Assembly: GCA_963745075.1 (NCBI GenBank)
Contig: CAVUWV010000011.1
Span: 64,001 to 128,000, forward strand
DNA: 64,000 nucleotides
From: Candidatus Hydrogenedentota bacterium
GTDB taxonomy: Bacteria > Hydrogenedentota > Hydrogenedentia > Hydrogenedentales > SLHB01
Direction of reading: 5' to 3'
Shown here: positions 9,081 to 19,401 of the stretch, piece by piece
Layout: each line of letters opens with the position of its first letter
Position numbering within the stretch: position 1 is the stretch's first letter
Position numbers and translations under genes: made by a program
Notes under the pieces: generated by a model
What the model was told of the DNA's origin: nothing
The model's input: the letters and a program-made list of their open reading frames with translations, nothing else
Databases searched by the model: none

Positions 9081-9181
9081 TTCGACCGTCGTGATTCATA
9101 ACCCCACCCTTGGATTCGTCAATTGGAACGAACCACGAGAAGACGGTCAAACTCTTTCGGGCGCTCGCCAGGGCCGCGAGG

Positions 9182-9655
9182 TCAATCAGGAAATCGTTCC
9201 GAGTCGTCCGCGTAGTCTTTGTCGGGGGCGTAGGGTGTGGTCCCCGCCACGCCCGCGTCGTCGGCCGGCTCGACGGGTGCCGATTCATCCTCAGTCTTGT
9301 CCTGGGGCTCCTCAGCTTTATTCTCCGTAGTTTCCGCCGGTCCTTCGGATTTGCTTTCCTTCGAGTTCTCGCCGTAGGGGTAGCCTTGCCCGTCGTAATT
9401 CGTGTCTTCGGATGAGTCCGCCGTCATCGACTCGAGGTAGTCTTCGGGCTTGTACTTTTCGAGTTCTTTGATCTCTTTCTTGACGGGTTTCAGTTCTTCG
9501 GTGAGATCGCGTTTTGCCTCATCCCAATAGCCGCGGATATCCCGGATAAATCGCATGGCGATTTTCGCGTGACCGGGAAACTTCTCCGGTCCCAGAATCA
9601 CCAAGGCGACTGCCGCGATGAGGAGAATCTCCGTGAATCCAATGGTTCCAAACAT
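9182..9655 (-). CDS. tatB: Twin-arginine translocase TatB/TatA-family subunit
   Basis: MFGTIGFTEILLIAAVALVILGPEKFP, amphipathic helix and acidic tail. Adjacent to tatC. Confidence 0.8.
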   Translation of the reverse strand: MFGTIGFTEILLIAAVALVILGPEKFPGHAKIAMRFIRDIRGYWDEAKRDLTEELKPVKKEIKELEKYKPEDYLESMTADSSEDTNYDGQGYPYGENSKESKSEGPAETTENKAEEPQDKTEDESAPVEPADDAGVAGTTPYAPDKDYADDSERFPD

Positions 9656-9747
9656 AGTTTCAATCCGCGGGAATGCGGTGCGAGGACTACCGGCCGCGCA
9701 ACGCAAACCCGAATTGGTTTCTATCCCTAATTGTACCCCAAGCGGCG

Positions 9748-10587
9748 CTACGTACCCGCCTGGGCCTCGGCTTTCTTCCGCTTACGGCGTACCACCAAAT
9801 AGGATAACCATATGCTTGCCTCGTACAAAACCAGCAGCGGCGTCATCATGAACATCATGCTGATGGGGTCGGGCGGTGTCAGGACCGCAGAAAGTACGGC
9901 GAGCCCCACGATGGCTTGCTTCCGGTGTTGCTTGAGCGCGGCCGGGGTCAATAAGTCCATGTAGACCAGGATCAAGACGACCATCGGAAACTGAAACACT
10001 ACGGCAAACCCCAGTAGTCCCAAGAGGATCAAGGAGATGGTTTCGGTGATGCTCAGCATGGTCGTGACGCCCTCGGGCGTCCATTGGAGGATATAGGGCA
10101 GCACCAGCGGGAATACCCCAAAATACGCCACCATAAGCCCTATCAGGGACAAGGCGCTGCACCCGATCAGCAACATCAGGACGACCCGCTTCTCGCTGGA
10201 CTTGAGCCCGGGAAAAATGAATGCGCCAACCTGATACAGGAGGTACGGCATATTGAGAAGCAAACTGCCATAGGCCGCCAGCTTCAACGATAGGAGGAAC
10301 CACTCCAACGGGTTCTTTTGAAGCCATTGGACGGCCTCGTTCATATTCCCCCCCGCTTCTGCGTCGGCGGTTTGTGCCGGACCGGTAAACCACGCCAATT
10401 CAGGCGTATTCAGGGGGTGTTCCAGGGGGCGACGGACGATGTCGAAGATCTGTCCGGAAAAGATGTAGCAAATGACGAATCCGATGATGAATGCAATACC
10501 CGCCCGAATGATTCGGGTGCGCAATTCACCGAGGTGCTCGGTAAAGGTCATGCGGGCTTCCGGGTCTCGCTCAGCTTTATTTTCCAT
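9748..10587 (-). CDS. tatC: Twin-arginine translocase subunit TatC
   Basis: MTFTEHLGELRTR, FIFPGL, FQFP, LTPPDPISM, LYEASI. Confidence 0.95.
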   Translation of the reverse strand: MENKAERDPEARMTFTEHLGELRTRIIRAGIAFIIGFVICYIFSGQIFDIVRRPLEHPLNTPELAWFTGPAQTADAEAGGNMNEAVQWLQKNPLEWFLLSLKLAAYGSLLLNMPYLLYQVGAFIFPGLKSSEKRVVLMLLIGCSALSLIGLMVAYFGVFPLVLPYILQWTPEGVTTMLSITETISLILLGLLGFAVVFQFPMVVLILVYMDLLTPAALKQHRKQAIVGLAVLSAVLTPPDPISMMFMMTPLLVLYEASIWLSYLVVRRKRKKAEAQAGT

Positions 10588-10751
10588 ATTCCGATACGCT
10601 TGCGCGGGCTAAAGATCGTTTATGCCAGGAACCGAAAGGTGATCGTACTGTGTTCCTGCGGGAGGTGCAACTATCCTTCGGAAGGAACTTCACCAAGGAC
10701 AACGCGCGGCACGACACCCTCGCGTCCGTCAACTGAAAACTGCATGCCGAT

Positions 10752-11135
10752 CTACACGTGACCGGCGGAACTTTGCGACTCTCCGCTGAGTCCCCCCGGA
10801 CTCGCCATCGGTCCGGATAGTTCCTGGGAACCGGCTCCGGGCGCTGCCGCCGAACGGTTCTGCGCCATTTCTTTCAATGCTTTTCCCGGCTTGAAGGTCC
10901 CGACCCGTTTGGCCGGAATCGGTACTTCCTCACCAGTTCGCGGGTTGCGTCCGATTCGGGCGTCGCGCGTTTTGACTTCGAACACGCCGAAGTTGCGGAT
11001 CTCGAGCCGATTTCCTTCGGACAACAACTGCACGACGCAATCCAACGTTGCCTGGACCACATCGGAGACTTCATTCTGCGTGTAGCCGAGCCGTTCGGCC
11101 ACGTCCACGACCAGTTCCCGTTTTGTCACACTCAT
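10752..11135 (-). CDS. Integration host factor / HU family DNA-binding protein
   Basis: TKRELV, EIRNFGVFEVKTRDARIGRNPRTGEEV, FKPGK. Confidence 0.92.
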   Translation of the reverse strand: MSVTKRELVVDVAERLGYTQNEVSDVVQATLDCVVQLLSEGNRLEIRNFGVFEVKTRDARIGRNPRTGEEVPIPAKRVGTFKPGKALKEMAQNRSAAAPGAGSQELSGPMASPGGLSGESQSSAGHV

Positions 11136-11784
11136 GATTCTCCCGACTCCACCATTGGCGACACCATACCACGGCCGCCGCGTTGTTGCGCGGCCGGTTC
11201 ACCCCCGTCGACATTAGCCCATCAAATCGTGCCAAGCCTTGCAGTACATCTCGCTGATTGGATTGTCCGTCAACATCAAGCACCGCAACGATGATTGCGA
11301 TCACGATGACGATGATCAGATTCCTGGTTCCTTTGGACATCCCGGCGGACTTGATTTCAGGTTGTGCGCTGCCGACATATACTTTTTCGCCGGCTTCGGC
11401 GCGGGTCTTCTTGTCTTCGATTCCGCCGAGGGTTTCGTTGATCGAGATGAACGCCCGGTGCCATTCATTCTGGAGCTTCTTGATAGCGACCTCTGATTGG
11501 GAATAGATCGCTTCGAGGTTGGTGGCTCCCGAGATGATATTCATGGTGTTCGAGTCAAACTTATAATCGGAGCCCAAACCCTCCTTGAGCACCTGATGCT
11601 CGCGCGCCAGTTTGCTCTTAATCTTGAGAAACTGGTTCTCGAGCTGCGCCTTGTTCACCCCCGGGCTCGGATAGGCGCTCAGAATCTGGTTGAACAACAG
11701 CCAGTCGTTCATGAACTCCTGGCACATCTGAATGTTGCGGTTGAGGGCTTCGATCGTCTTGAGTTGCTTCTTATTTTGGGCCAT
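11071..11784 (-). CDS. Hypothetical helical protein with C-terminal membrane anchor (3' end possibly frameshifted)
   Basis: Long ORF with coiled-coil character and IIVIVIAIIVAV TM segment. As read it overlaps the IHF gene start by 65 bp. Confidence 0.65.
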   Translation of the reverse strand: MAQNKKQLKTIEALNRNIQMCQEFMNDWLLFNQILSAYPSPGVNKAQLENQFLKIKSKLAREHQVLKEGLGSDYKFDSNTMNIISGATNLEAIYSQSEVAIKKLQNEWHRAFISINETLGGIEDKKTRAEAGEKVYVGSAQPEIKSAGMSKGTRNLIIVIVIAIIVAVLDVDGQSNQRDVLQGLARFDGLMSTGVNRPRNNAAAVVWCRQWWSRENHECDKTGTGRGRGRTARLHAE

Positions 11785-11833
11785 GGACCGCAGCCTTTCC
11801 TAGGTTTGGAAAACTCCCCTCCAAAACCAGCCG

Positions 11834-11862
11834 ACTGTAGCACACGGTGGGGGGGAAGTCAA
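11834..11862 (-). promoter_or_regulatory. Sigma70-type promoter
   Basis: Minus strand TTGACT-N17-TACAGT with TG at the extended -10 position. Confidence 0.55.
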
Positions 11863-11938
11863 ACCTAAGTAACCGACTTGGAATCGGTTAGCCTGGATTC
11901 GGCCGCCTTGGCGCCCCCCGGCGAGCGGTTCGCCGCAT

Positions 11939-12504
<566 letters not shown>

Positions 12505-12508
<4 letters not shown>

Positions 12509-13986
12509 GATTCCAGCCCTTTCTCTGCAAACTCGACCGCTCGGAACAACGCCTTGGCCTTGTTGACGGTTTCCTCGAATTCCCGCTCGGGCACGCTGTC
12601 GTAGACGATGCCGGCCCCGGCCTGCACATATGCGATATGGTCTTTCAGGATCATCGTGCGGATGATGATGCAGGTGTCCATGTCCCCGCTGAAACTGATG
12701 TACCCGCACCCGCCGGAATAAGGGCCGCGCCGGAGCGGTTCCAGTTCGTCAATGATTTCCATGGCCCGAATTTTCGGCGCGCCGCTTACCGTACCCATGG
12801 GGAAAGTCGCGCGCAGGGCCTCGTAAGCGTCCGCGTCGTCCTTCAACGTCCCCTCGACCTCGCTCACAATATGCATGACGTGCGAATAGCGCTCGATGGT
12901 CATCATCCGGCTGGGGTGTACCGTGCCGGGCGTGCTGACCCGGCCCACGTCGTTGCGTCCGAGATCGACCAGCATGACGTGCTCCGCGACCTCCTTTTCG
13001 TCCGCCAGGAGATCCTTTTCCAGAGCTAGGTCCTCCTCGACCGTCGTGCCGCGGGGACGCGTCCCCGCGATGGGGCGGACCATGCAGCGGCGGCCGGTGA
13101 CCTGGGTCATGACTTCGGGGCTCGACCCGACAAGCGTGAAATCCGGGTAGCGCACCAAGGTCATATACGGGGAAGGATTGATGCACCGCAGGGAGCGGTA
13201 CAGATTGATGGGGCTGGCGTAGACCTTCCGTTCAAATCGCTGCGACAGGACCACCTGGAAGACGTCCCCGGCGCAGATGTACTCTTTGGCTTTCTTCACC
13301 GCATCGCAGAAACCCTCGCGCGTAAAACTGGACTTCACTTCCGTGTCCGGTTCCCCTGAATGGATACGTTCCGTGCTGACGATCAGGGGCTGCTTCAGCG
13401 TGTCGTTGAGTTCGTGAATCTTCCGGACCGCGTCGTTATACGCCGCGACGGCGTCGTCTTGAACGTGGGCGTTGGACACGATCTTCAACCGGTTATTGAC
13501 ATGGTCGAAGATGAGGATGGTATCCGTGATCATGAAGTACAGGTCGGGGAGGTTCAGCGTGTCGGGATTCTCGTCGGGGAGCTTTTCGAAGAAACGGACC
13601 TGATCGTAGGACATGTAGCCCACGGCGCCGCCGTGAAACTTCGGCACGCCCTCCACCGCGACGGGCGTGTATTGGGCCATGAGTTTCCGCAGTTCGTCGA
13701 GGGGTTGCTCCGATTCCATCGATTTGTCCTGGCCGTCGCGCACGATCGTGACAGCTTTCCCCTTGGAGCGGAACACGATGGACGGGTTCGCGCCCAGAAA
13801 CGAGTAGCGGCCGATGGAGTCGGCCCGCTCCACGCTTTCCAGTAGAAAGGAGTAGGGTTGGTCTTTTGAAATCTTCATGTATGCCGTAACGGGAGTTTCG
13901 AGGTCCGCGACCACATCGCGGTACACCGGGACCAGGGAGCCCGGTTTCGCGATGCGCTGAAACTCCTCCAGTGTCGGGTGAATCAT
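12505..13986 (-). CDS. trpE: Anthranilate synthase component I
   Basis: [55 protein letters not shown]. Confidence 0.93.
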
Positions 13987-14016
13987 CGGTCGTATCCTTT
14001 TGTTGGTTCGCTCAAA

Positions 14017-14400
14017 TCACGAAGTGGCCACGCCGTCGCCGTCCAACGTGACCGAACCGTCAAAGTCCACCTTGCGGTAGAAACAACTCGTCTCGTTGGT
14101 GTGGCAGGTCGGCCCCACGGGGTCGCATTTCAGCAGTAGCGCGTCGGCGTCGCAGTCCGTGCGGATTTCGAGGACGTGCAACACGTTGCCGGAAGTTTCT
14201 CCCTTGCGCCACAGCTTCTGGCGCGAACGAGACCAAAAACAGGCCTGCTTTTCACGCAAGGTGACCTCCAACGCTTCAAGGTTCATGTAGCCGACCATCA
14301 ATACCTGCCCGGATTCGTAATGCTGGACCACGGCGACAACAAGCCCCTTATCGTCCAGCTTGATCGTATCGGTCAGGGTTCTCGAATTCTCGGCGTTCAT
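14017..14400 (-). CDS. hisI: Phosphoribosyl-AMP cyclohydrolase
   Basis: VLMVGYMN, WSRSRQKLWRKGETSGN, DCDADALL, GPTCHTNETSCFY. GAGAGG RBS before ATG 14400. Confidence 0.93.
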   Translation of the reverse strand: MNAENSRTLTDTIKLDDKGLVVAVVQHYESGQVLMVGYMNLEALEVTLREKQACFWSRSRQKLWRKGETSGNVLHVLEIRTDCDADALLLKCDPVGPTCHTNETSCFYRKVDFDGSVTLDGDGVATS

Positions 14401-14548
14401 GACATTCCTCTCCACGTGCGTTGCGGGCTCGGAAGACCCTTCTATTTCCCTCTCGCGAAACCGGTTGCAGCAGCGATCGCGGAAGGCGAACGAGGCCGTA
14501 TCGCGATTTCGAAAGTCGGGCAAACAAGAATACGAAACAGGAATAGAT

Positions 14549-14602
14549 TCAGGAATGGGTATAGTGACGCCATCGGTGGTGGGAAAGCGAATGTGCCGGC
14601 AT
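14549..14602 (-). CDS. Putative His/Trp leader (attenuator) peptide MPAHSLSHHRWRHYTHS
   Basis: Minus strand GGAGGACTCGTG ATG CCG GCA CAT TCG CTT TCC CAC CAC CGA TGG CGT CAC TAT ACC CAT TCC TGA, about 150 nt upstream of hisI. Confidence 0.75.
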   Translation of the reverse strand: MPAHSLSHHRWRHYTHS

Positions 14603-14742
14603 CACGAGTCCTCCAAGGGCGCGGTGCACACTGACACCGCAATCAACGTCTAATGCACTATCGCACAGAGTATGCGCACGTTTCAAGTAGTGGGCTGAGC
14701 TGAATTTGCTCGCCCCTCGGTCGATGTGGACGTGATGGACGA

Positions 14743-15645
14743 TTATGGGCCGGATGCGGGCTTCTCGTTGTCCTCGGCGGGGGATTCCTGGTCCGCCAGG
14801 GAGTCGAAAGACGTGTCTTCGTCGGAGGAAGGTTCCGAATCCAGTTCGATGGGTTCCGATTCCGCTTTGGGCAGGGCGTCGTCCGCGTCCCAGGCCACGG
14901 CCAGTTCCGGTTCGTCATCGACATGGCCGGTGAGGGATTGCTCCTCTTCTTCGGCGGCTTTGACGGACTCCTCGTAGGTCACGAGATCTTCGGAATCAGG
15001 ACGTGGGGCCGGTTCCGGAACAAGCGCCTCATCGGCCGTCATGGGTTCGTGGACGGATTGCCGTGCGGGCGCCGCAATCTCGGCCGCAACAGGCGGACTC
15101 TGCATTTCCGCCGCCGGCTGCGCCGCGCTTTCCGTATTGACAATATTTACCGACACCTCGCCAATTTCTTCGGCCCCGATTACGCGCCGGGCCAACTCGT
15201 CCAGGTAGGTTTTCAACTGTGTGGAAGTCTCGCGGACACTCGCGTCCGCGGGATTCAAGAGATGCACGTCGGCATGGACGTTGGCTTTGTCAGCCGCCTT
15301 GGTTGGAGTGAGGTGAACCGTCCCTTTCTTTACGACGGGAATCTTGGTGAATGTCTTGTTCAGCGTGGTCGCGATGGGATCAAGCTGGATCGTCACGGGC
15401 CCGGTATCGTCGTTAAATCGTAGTTCCCGTGACCGCCGCCGCCGGTTTCCCAAAGGTAACAGGGCGAAGATGGCCAGTGCGGCGGCGACACATCCGATGG
15501 CGATTCGAAGCATGGGATTGGGTTGCGGAAGCTGAGCGACGATTGTCTGGTAAAGGCCGCTCAAGGAAAACACGGCGATCGCCGCACCGCCCGCGAGGAG
15601 CGCAATGCACGCCAGCTTCTGAATAATCGTCTGGAGGATTCGCAT
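14743..15645 (-). CDS. Membrane protein, AmaP/Asp23-like domain with acidic disordered tail
   Basis: Two N-terminal TM helices, then GPVTIQLDPI... alpha/beta domain and a D/E-rich C-terminus. Lies downstream of accC. Confidence 0.55.
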   Translation of the reverse strand: MRILQTIIQKLACIALLAGGAAIAVFSLSGLYQTIVAQLPQPNPMLRIAIGCVAAALAIFALLPLGNRRRRSRELRFNDDTGPVTIQLDPIATTLNKTFTKIPVVKKGTVHLTPTKAADKANVHADVHLLNPADASVRETSTQLKTYLDELARRVIGAEEIGEVSVNIVNTESAAQPAAEMQSPPVAAEIAAPARQSVHEPMTADEALVPEPAPRPDSEDLVTYEESVKAAEEEEQSLTGHVDDEPELAVAWDADDALPKAESEPIELDSEPSSDEDTSFDSLADQESPAEDNEKPASGP

Positions 15646-15773
15646 GAGTGTCTTTCCTTTTCCCGGGATGTTGGCCGTTCCCCGGCACGTTGCGGTGGAT
15701 TCGCGCGGGCCGTCCCGAATTATACCCCATGGAAAGGAACGGCGTGAACGGGGTGCCCGCAGACATACCTCTA

Positions 15774-17117
15774 CTATCGCCCTTTGACGATGAATTGATC
15801 AACCATGTCCGAGGAAAGTTCCCCGCGCCGGAACCGGTCGCTCTGCAGGATTCGCGCGCAAAGGGTTGCGGAGGTCTTGACGCCGACCGTCGTAAACTCA
15901 TTCAGGGCGCCCGCCAGCCGGTTGATCGCTTCGTCGCGGTCCGTGCCCCACGAAATGACCTTGGCAAGGAGCGAATCGTAGTAGCGCGGCACGGTGTAGC
16001 CCGGGAATAAGTGGCTGTCGATACGAATGCCGGGGCCGCCGGGAATATGGCAACGCGTGATCGTACCGGGGCAGGGCGCAAAGTTGTTGTCCGGGTCTTC
16101 GGCATAGACACGGGCCTCGATGGAAAAGCCTTGGGGCCGCACCGTGGTCGTCTTAAGTGGTTCCCCGGCGGCAATCCGGATCTGTTCCTTGACAAGATCC
16201 ATACCCGTGACTTCCTCGGTTACGGGATGCTCGACCTGGATGCGCGCATTAAATTCGATAAAATAGAACTGTCCATCGGGCGCAACCAGAAATTCCGCCG
16301 TGCCCGCATTGGAGTAGCCGATGGCCTTGGCCGCGCGGTAGGCCGCTTTCGCCATCTTGGACCGAAGGGAACTGGTCAGTCGCGGCGAGGGCGTTTCCTC
16401 GATCAGTTTCTGGTGGCGACGCTGAATCGTGCATTCGCGCTCGCCGAGTGTGATGATCCGGCCGTGCTCGTCACCCAGCACCTGAAACTCGACGTGGCGC
16501 GCGTCCTCAACGAACTTTTCGAGATACACGCCGCCGTCACCGAAGGCCGCCTGAGCCTCGATTGTGGCCATGCTGACGGCTTTCTGGAGCGCGGCGTCGT
16601 TGTGGGCGATGCGCATGCCTTTGCCGCCTCCGCCGGCCGAGGCCTTTACGAGGACCGGGAACCCGATTTCCCGCGCGATGGAAAGGGCTTCGGCGGGCTC
16701 CTTGACGAGACCCTCGCTGCCCGGGACGACCGGCACGCCGGCCGATTTCACCTTCTCGCGGCAAGCGGACTTATCGCCGCTCAGGGAGATGGCTTCCGGC
16801 GTAGGGCCGATAAAACCGATGTTGCAGTCGCGGCACATGGCGGCGAACTTGGCGTTTTCCGATAAGAAACCATAACCGGGGTGAATGGCGTGGGCGTCGC
16901 AAATCTCCGCCGCCGTGATGATGCTTGGAATGTGGAGATAACTTTCGGTCGCACTGGGGGGGCCGATGCAGATGCTCTCATCGGCCAGCGAGGCGTGAAG
17001 GCAATCCTGGTCCGCTGCGGAATATACCGCGATAGACGTGATGCCGGTATCGCGGCACGCCCGAATAATCCGCACGGCGATCTCGCCGCGATTGGCTATG
17101 AGGATTCGACGAAACAT
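15774..17117 (-). CDS. accC: Acetyl-CoA carboxylase biotin carboxylase subunit
   Basis: ILIANRGEIA, HPGYGFLSEN, KASAGGGGKGM, QRRHQK, RIQVEHPVTE. Confidence 0.95.
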   Translation of the reverse strand: MFRRILIANRGEIAVRIIRACRDTGITSIAVYSAADQDCLHASLADESICIGPPSATESYLHIPSIITAAEICDAHAIHPGYGFLSENAKFAAMCRDCNIGFIGPTPEAISLSGDKSACREKVKSAGVPVVPGSEGLVKEPAEALSIAREIGFPVLVKASAGGGGKGMRIAHNDAALQKAVSMATIEAQAAFGDGGVYLEKFVEDARHVEFQVLGDEHGRIITLGERECTIQRRHQKLIEETPSPRLTSSLRSKMAKAAYRAAKAIGYSNAGTAEFLVAPDGQFYFIEFNARIQVEHPVTEEVTGMDLVKEQIRIAAGEPLKTTTVRPQGFSIEARVYAEDPDNNFAPCPGTITRCHIPGGPGIRIDSHLFPGYTVPRYYDSLLAKVISWGTDRDEAINRLAGALNEFTTVGVKTSATLCARILQSDRFRRGELSSDMVDQFIVKGR

Positions 17118-17129
17118 GGTGATTGCCGC

Positions 17130-17621
17130 CTACTCGGCCGGACGCACAGCGAAAAGAGGCTGGTTGTATTCGACCGGCTCACCGTTCTCGACCAGTATGC
17201 TGACGATGGTTCCGTGCACTTTCGCAGCGACTTCGTTCATGAGCTTCATGGCTTCGACGATACACACGGTCTGCCCCTCTTCGACGACGTCGCCGGGGCT
17301 TACAAAGGGCGCTTCACCCGGTGCCGGCGCGGCGTAAAACACACCAACCATGGGTGAATCGATCGTGACCAGCCCCTCTTCCATTTCCTCGATCGGGGGT
17401 TCGTCGTGTTTCGACGCCGGACCCGGCGCAGGATGGGGAGCGGGCGGTTCCACCGCGATATGGGTTGGCGGAGGCATATGGGTCAACACCGGCTGGGGGT
17501 GTGCGACCTGCGGTTGCGGCTTGCAGAGGCGGATGCGCCGCCCCTCTTCCTCTATCTCGATTTCGGCCAGCTCAGAGGTTTGAAAAATCCCAATCAGCTC
17601 CCGAAGCTTATCCAGGTCCAA
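17130..17621 (-). CDS. accB: Biotin carboxyl carrier protein
   Basis: SPMVGVFY and EAMKLMNE biotinylation motif, Pro-rich linker. Confidence 0.95.
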   Translation of the reverse strand: MDLDKLRELIGIFQTSELAEIEIEEEGRRIRLCKPQPQVAHPQPVLTHMPPPTHIAVEPPAPHPAPGPASKHDEPPIEEMEEGLVTIDSPMVGVFYAAPAPGEAPFVSPGDVVEEGQTVCIVEAMKLMNEVAAKVHGTIVSILVENGEPVEYNQPLFAVRPAE

Positions 17622-17687
17622 TGACCAACCCTCCGTTCTTTCGCAGACTCGTTCGCAGCGCTGCGGTTGCCGCGACGCAGGTCGGCG

Positions 17688-18245
17688 TCAGGCGCGTTCG
17701 ATGTACTCGCCCGTCCGGGTGTCGACCTTAATCGATTCCCCTTCGTTGACAAACAAGGGCACTTGTACCGTGGCGCCCGTTTCGAGTGTGGCGGGTTTTG
17801 TGCCGCCCGTGGCCCGGTCTCCCTGGACTCCGGGATCGCATTGCGTGATCTCCAGTGTAACCGTGATGGGGAGACTGAGCTTGAGGACTTTGCCGTCGTG
17901 GAAAAGCAGATTCACGTTGTTGTTTTCTTTCAGCCAGAATTTGTTGTCGCCGACGGTGTCCGCGCTGACTGCAATCTGCTCGAAGGAGTCCGGATCCATG
18001 AAATGGTACAAGTCGCCGTCGTTATACAAATATTGCCAAGTCCGCTCTTCCAGCCGGACATCTTCCAATTTCTCGCCCGACCGGAACGTCTTCTCCAACA
18101 CCCGGCCGGACATAACGTTCTTGAATTTCGTGCGCACGAATGCGCCGCCCTTTCCGGGTTTAACGTGCTGAAAATCCACTATTTCCATGAGATCGCCGTC
18201 TATGAGAACAACGAGCCCGTTGCGAAAATCCGCTGTCGAAATCAT
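17688..18245 (-). CDS. efp: Elongation factor P
   Basis: HVKPGKGGAFVRTK, KPATLETG, VPLFV, VDTRTGEY. Confidence 0.96.
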   Translation of the reverse strand: MISTADFRNGLVVLIDGDLMEIVDFQHVKPGKGGAFVRTKFKNVMSGRVLEKTFRSGEKLEDVRLEERTWQYLYNDGDLYHFMDPDSFEQIAVSADTVGDNKFWLKENNNVNLLFHDGKVLKLSLPITVTLEITQCDPGVQGDRATGGTKPATLETGATVQVPLFVNEGESIKVDTRTGEYIERA

Positions 18246-19315
18246 GCTCCGAGAATCCTTAATTCCTTGGGTGACACGCTCAGGTTTTCGCATCCGTCCT
18301 TCGTGACGACCACGAGGTCTTCGATGCGGACCCCTCCGCGTTCCGGCAGATAGATGCCGGGTTCGATGGTTACCATCATGCCCGGTTCGAGAGTCGTCTG
18401 GGACTCAGGGTTCAACCGGGGTGCTTCGTGTATTTCGATTCCAACCCCGTGACCGAGCCCATGCCCAAAATGAGTTCCGTGCCCCGCATCGGCAATAATG
18501 GAGCGCGCCACCGCGTCCAAGTCCTTGCACAGCATGCCCGGTCGAATCGCTTCAAGCGCCATCCGCTGAGCCGTAAGCGTCAGTTCATAGATCTCCTCGA
18601 ACCAAGCGCCGGGAATCCTACCGAACGCGTAAGTGCGAGTCAAGTCAGAGCAGTACCCGTCGCGTCGACAGCCAAAGTCCAGCAACACAATATCGCCGGA
18701 CGCCAGCGCGCGATCTCCCGGTTGCCCATGGGGCAGGGAACTGCGTGCGCCGAACAGGGCGATAGTGTCGAATGAGGCCCCGCGAGCCCCCCGGGCCTTG
18801 AATTCATACTCGAATCGCGCCGCCAAGTCCCGTTCCGTCGTTCCCGGTTCGAGCGCTTCCACCAAGTCCAGCAGCACGCCCTCGGCCAGTTCGCCCGCCG
18901 CGCGAATCCGCGCGATCTCGTCCTCACTTTTGCGGATGCGCAGTGCCGAGACGATGTCCGAAACCGCTTCGAGGTTGCCGGAGTATGCGGACCGGACCGT
19001 GTCGAATTCGCTCACCGTAACGTAGCCGGGCTCGAACGCCACGTTTTCTGCCCCGAGCGCAGCCAATCGTTCCGCGGCGCGGGTATGAAGGTTTCCCTTC
19101 ATTTCCTCGATAGCGTAGCCCTGGACCTCGATGGCCGCCTGCTCCGTATACCGGAAGTCACAGAGGAACTGCGCCTCGTTGGCTGTAATGATGATCGCCG
19201 AGGTCGTTCCGGTGAAGCCCGCCAGATACTGGTTGGTGGGCGGAGCGAAACTGAGAAACGCGTCGCAACCGGCCGCATCGAGCCGACCTCGCAACGCTTT
19301 GATACGTTTCGTCAT
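18242..19315 (-). CDS. Xaa-Pro aminopeptidase / M24 family peptidase
   Basis: DFRY, SSLPHG, DFG...YCSDLTRT, HGLGHGVGIEIHE, EPGIY, GVRIED. Confidence 0.92.
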   Translation of the reverse strand: MTKRIKALRGRLDAAGCDAFLSFAPPTNQYLAGFTGTTSAIIITANEAQFLCDFRYTEQAAIEVQGYAIEEMKGNLHTRAAERLAALGAENVAFEPGYVTVSEFDTVRSAYSGNLEAVSDIVSALRIRKSEDEIARIRAAGELAEGVLLDLVEALEPGTTERDLAARFEYEFKARGARGASFDTIALFGARSSLPHGQPGDRALASGDIVLLDFGCRRDGYCSDLTRTYAFGRIPGAWFEEIYELTLTAQRMALEAIRPGMLCKDLDAVARSIIADAGHGTHFGHGLGHGVGIEIHEAPRLNPESQTTLEPGMMVTIEPGIYLPERGGVRIEDLVVVTKDGCENLSVSPKELRILGA

Positions 19316-19401
19316 GGTAACCCCTTACGTGTCTCACATTTTATCGATTACGACTACGGCCACGAAGAGCACAGTGCCGCGCAGGCGCGCGTGGCATTGC
19401 C

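Noticed and set aside
10600..10700. CAGGAACCGAAAGGT / TCCTTCGGAAGGA segment resembling SRP RNA domain IV
   Set aside because: Lacks the conserved AGCAG strand and a long enclosing helix. At most a local hairpin.
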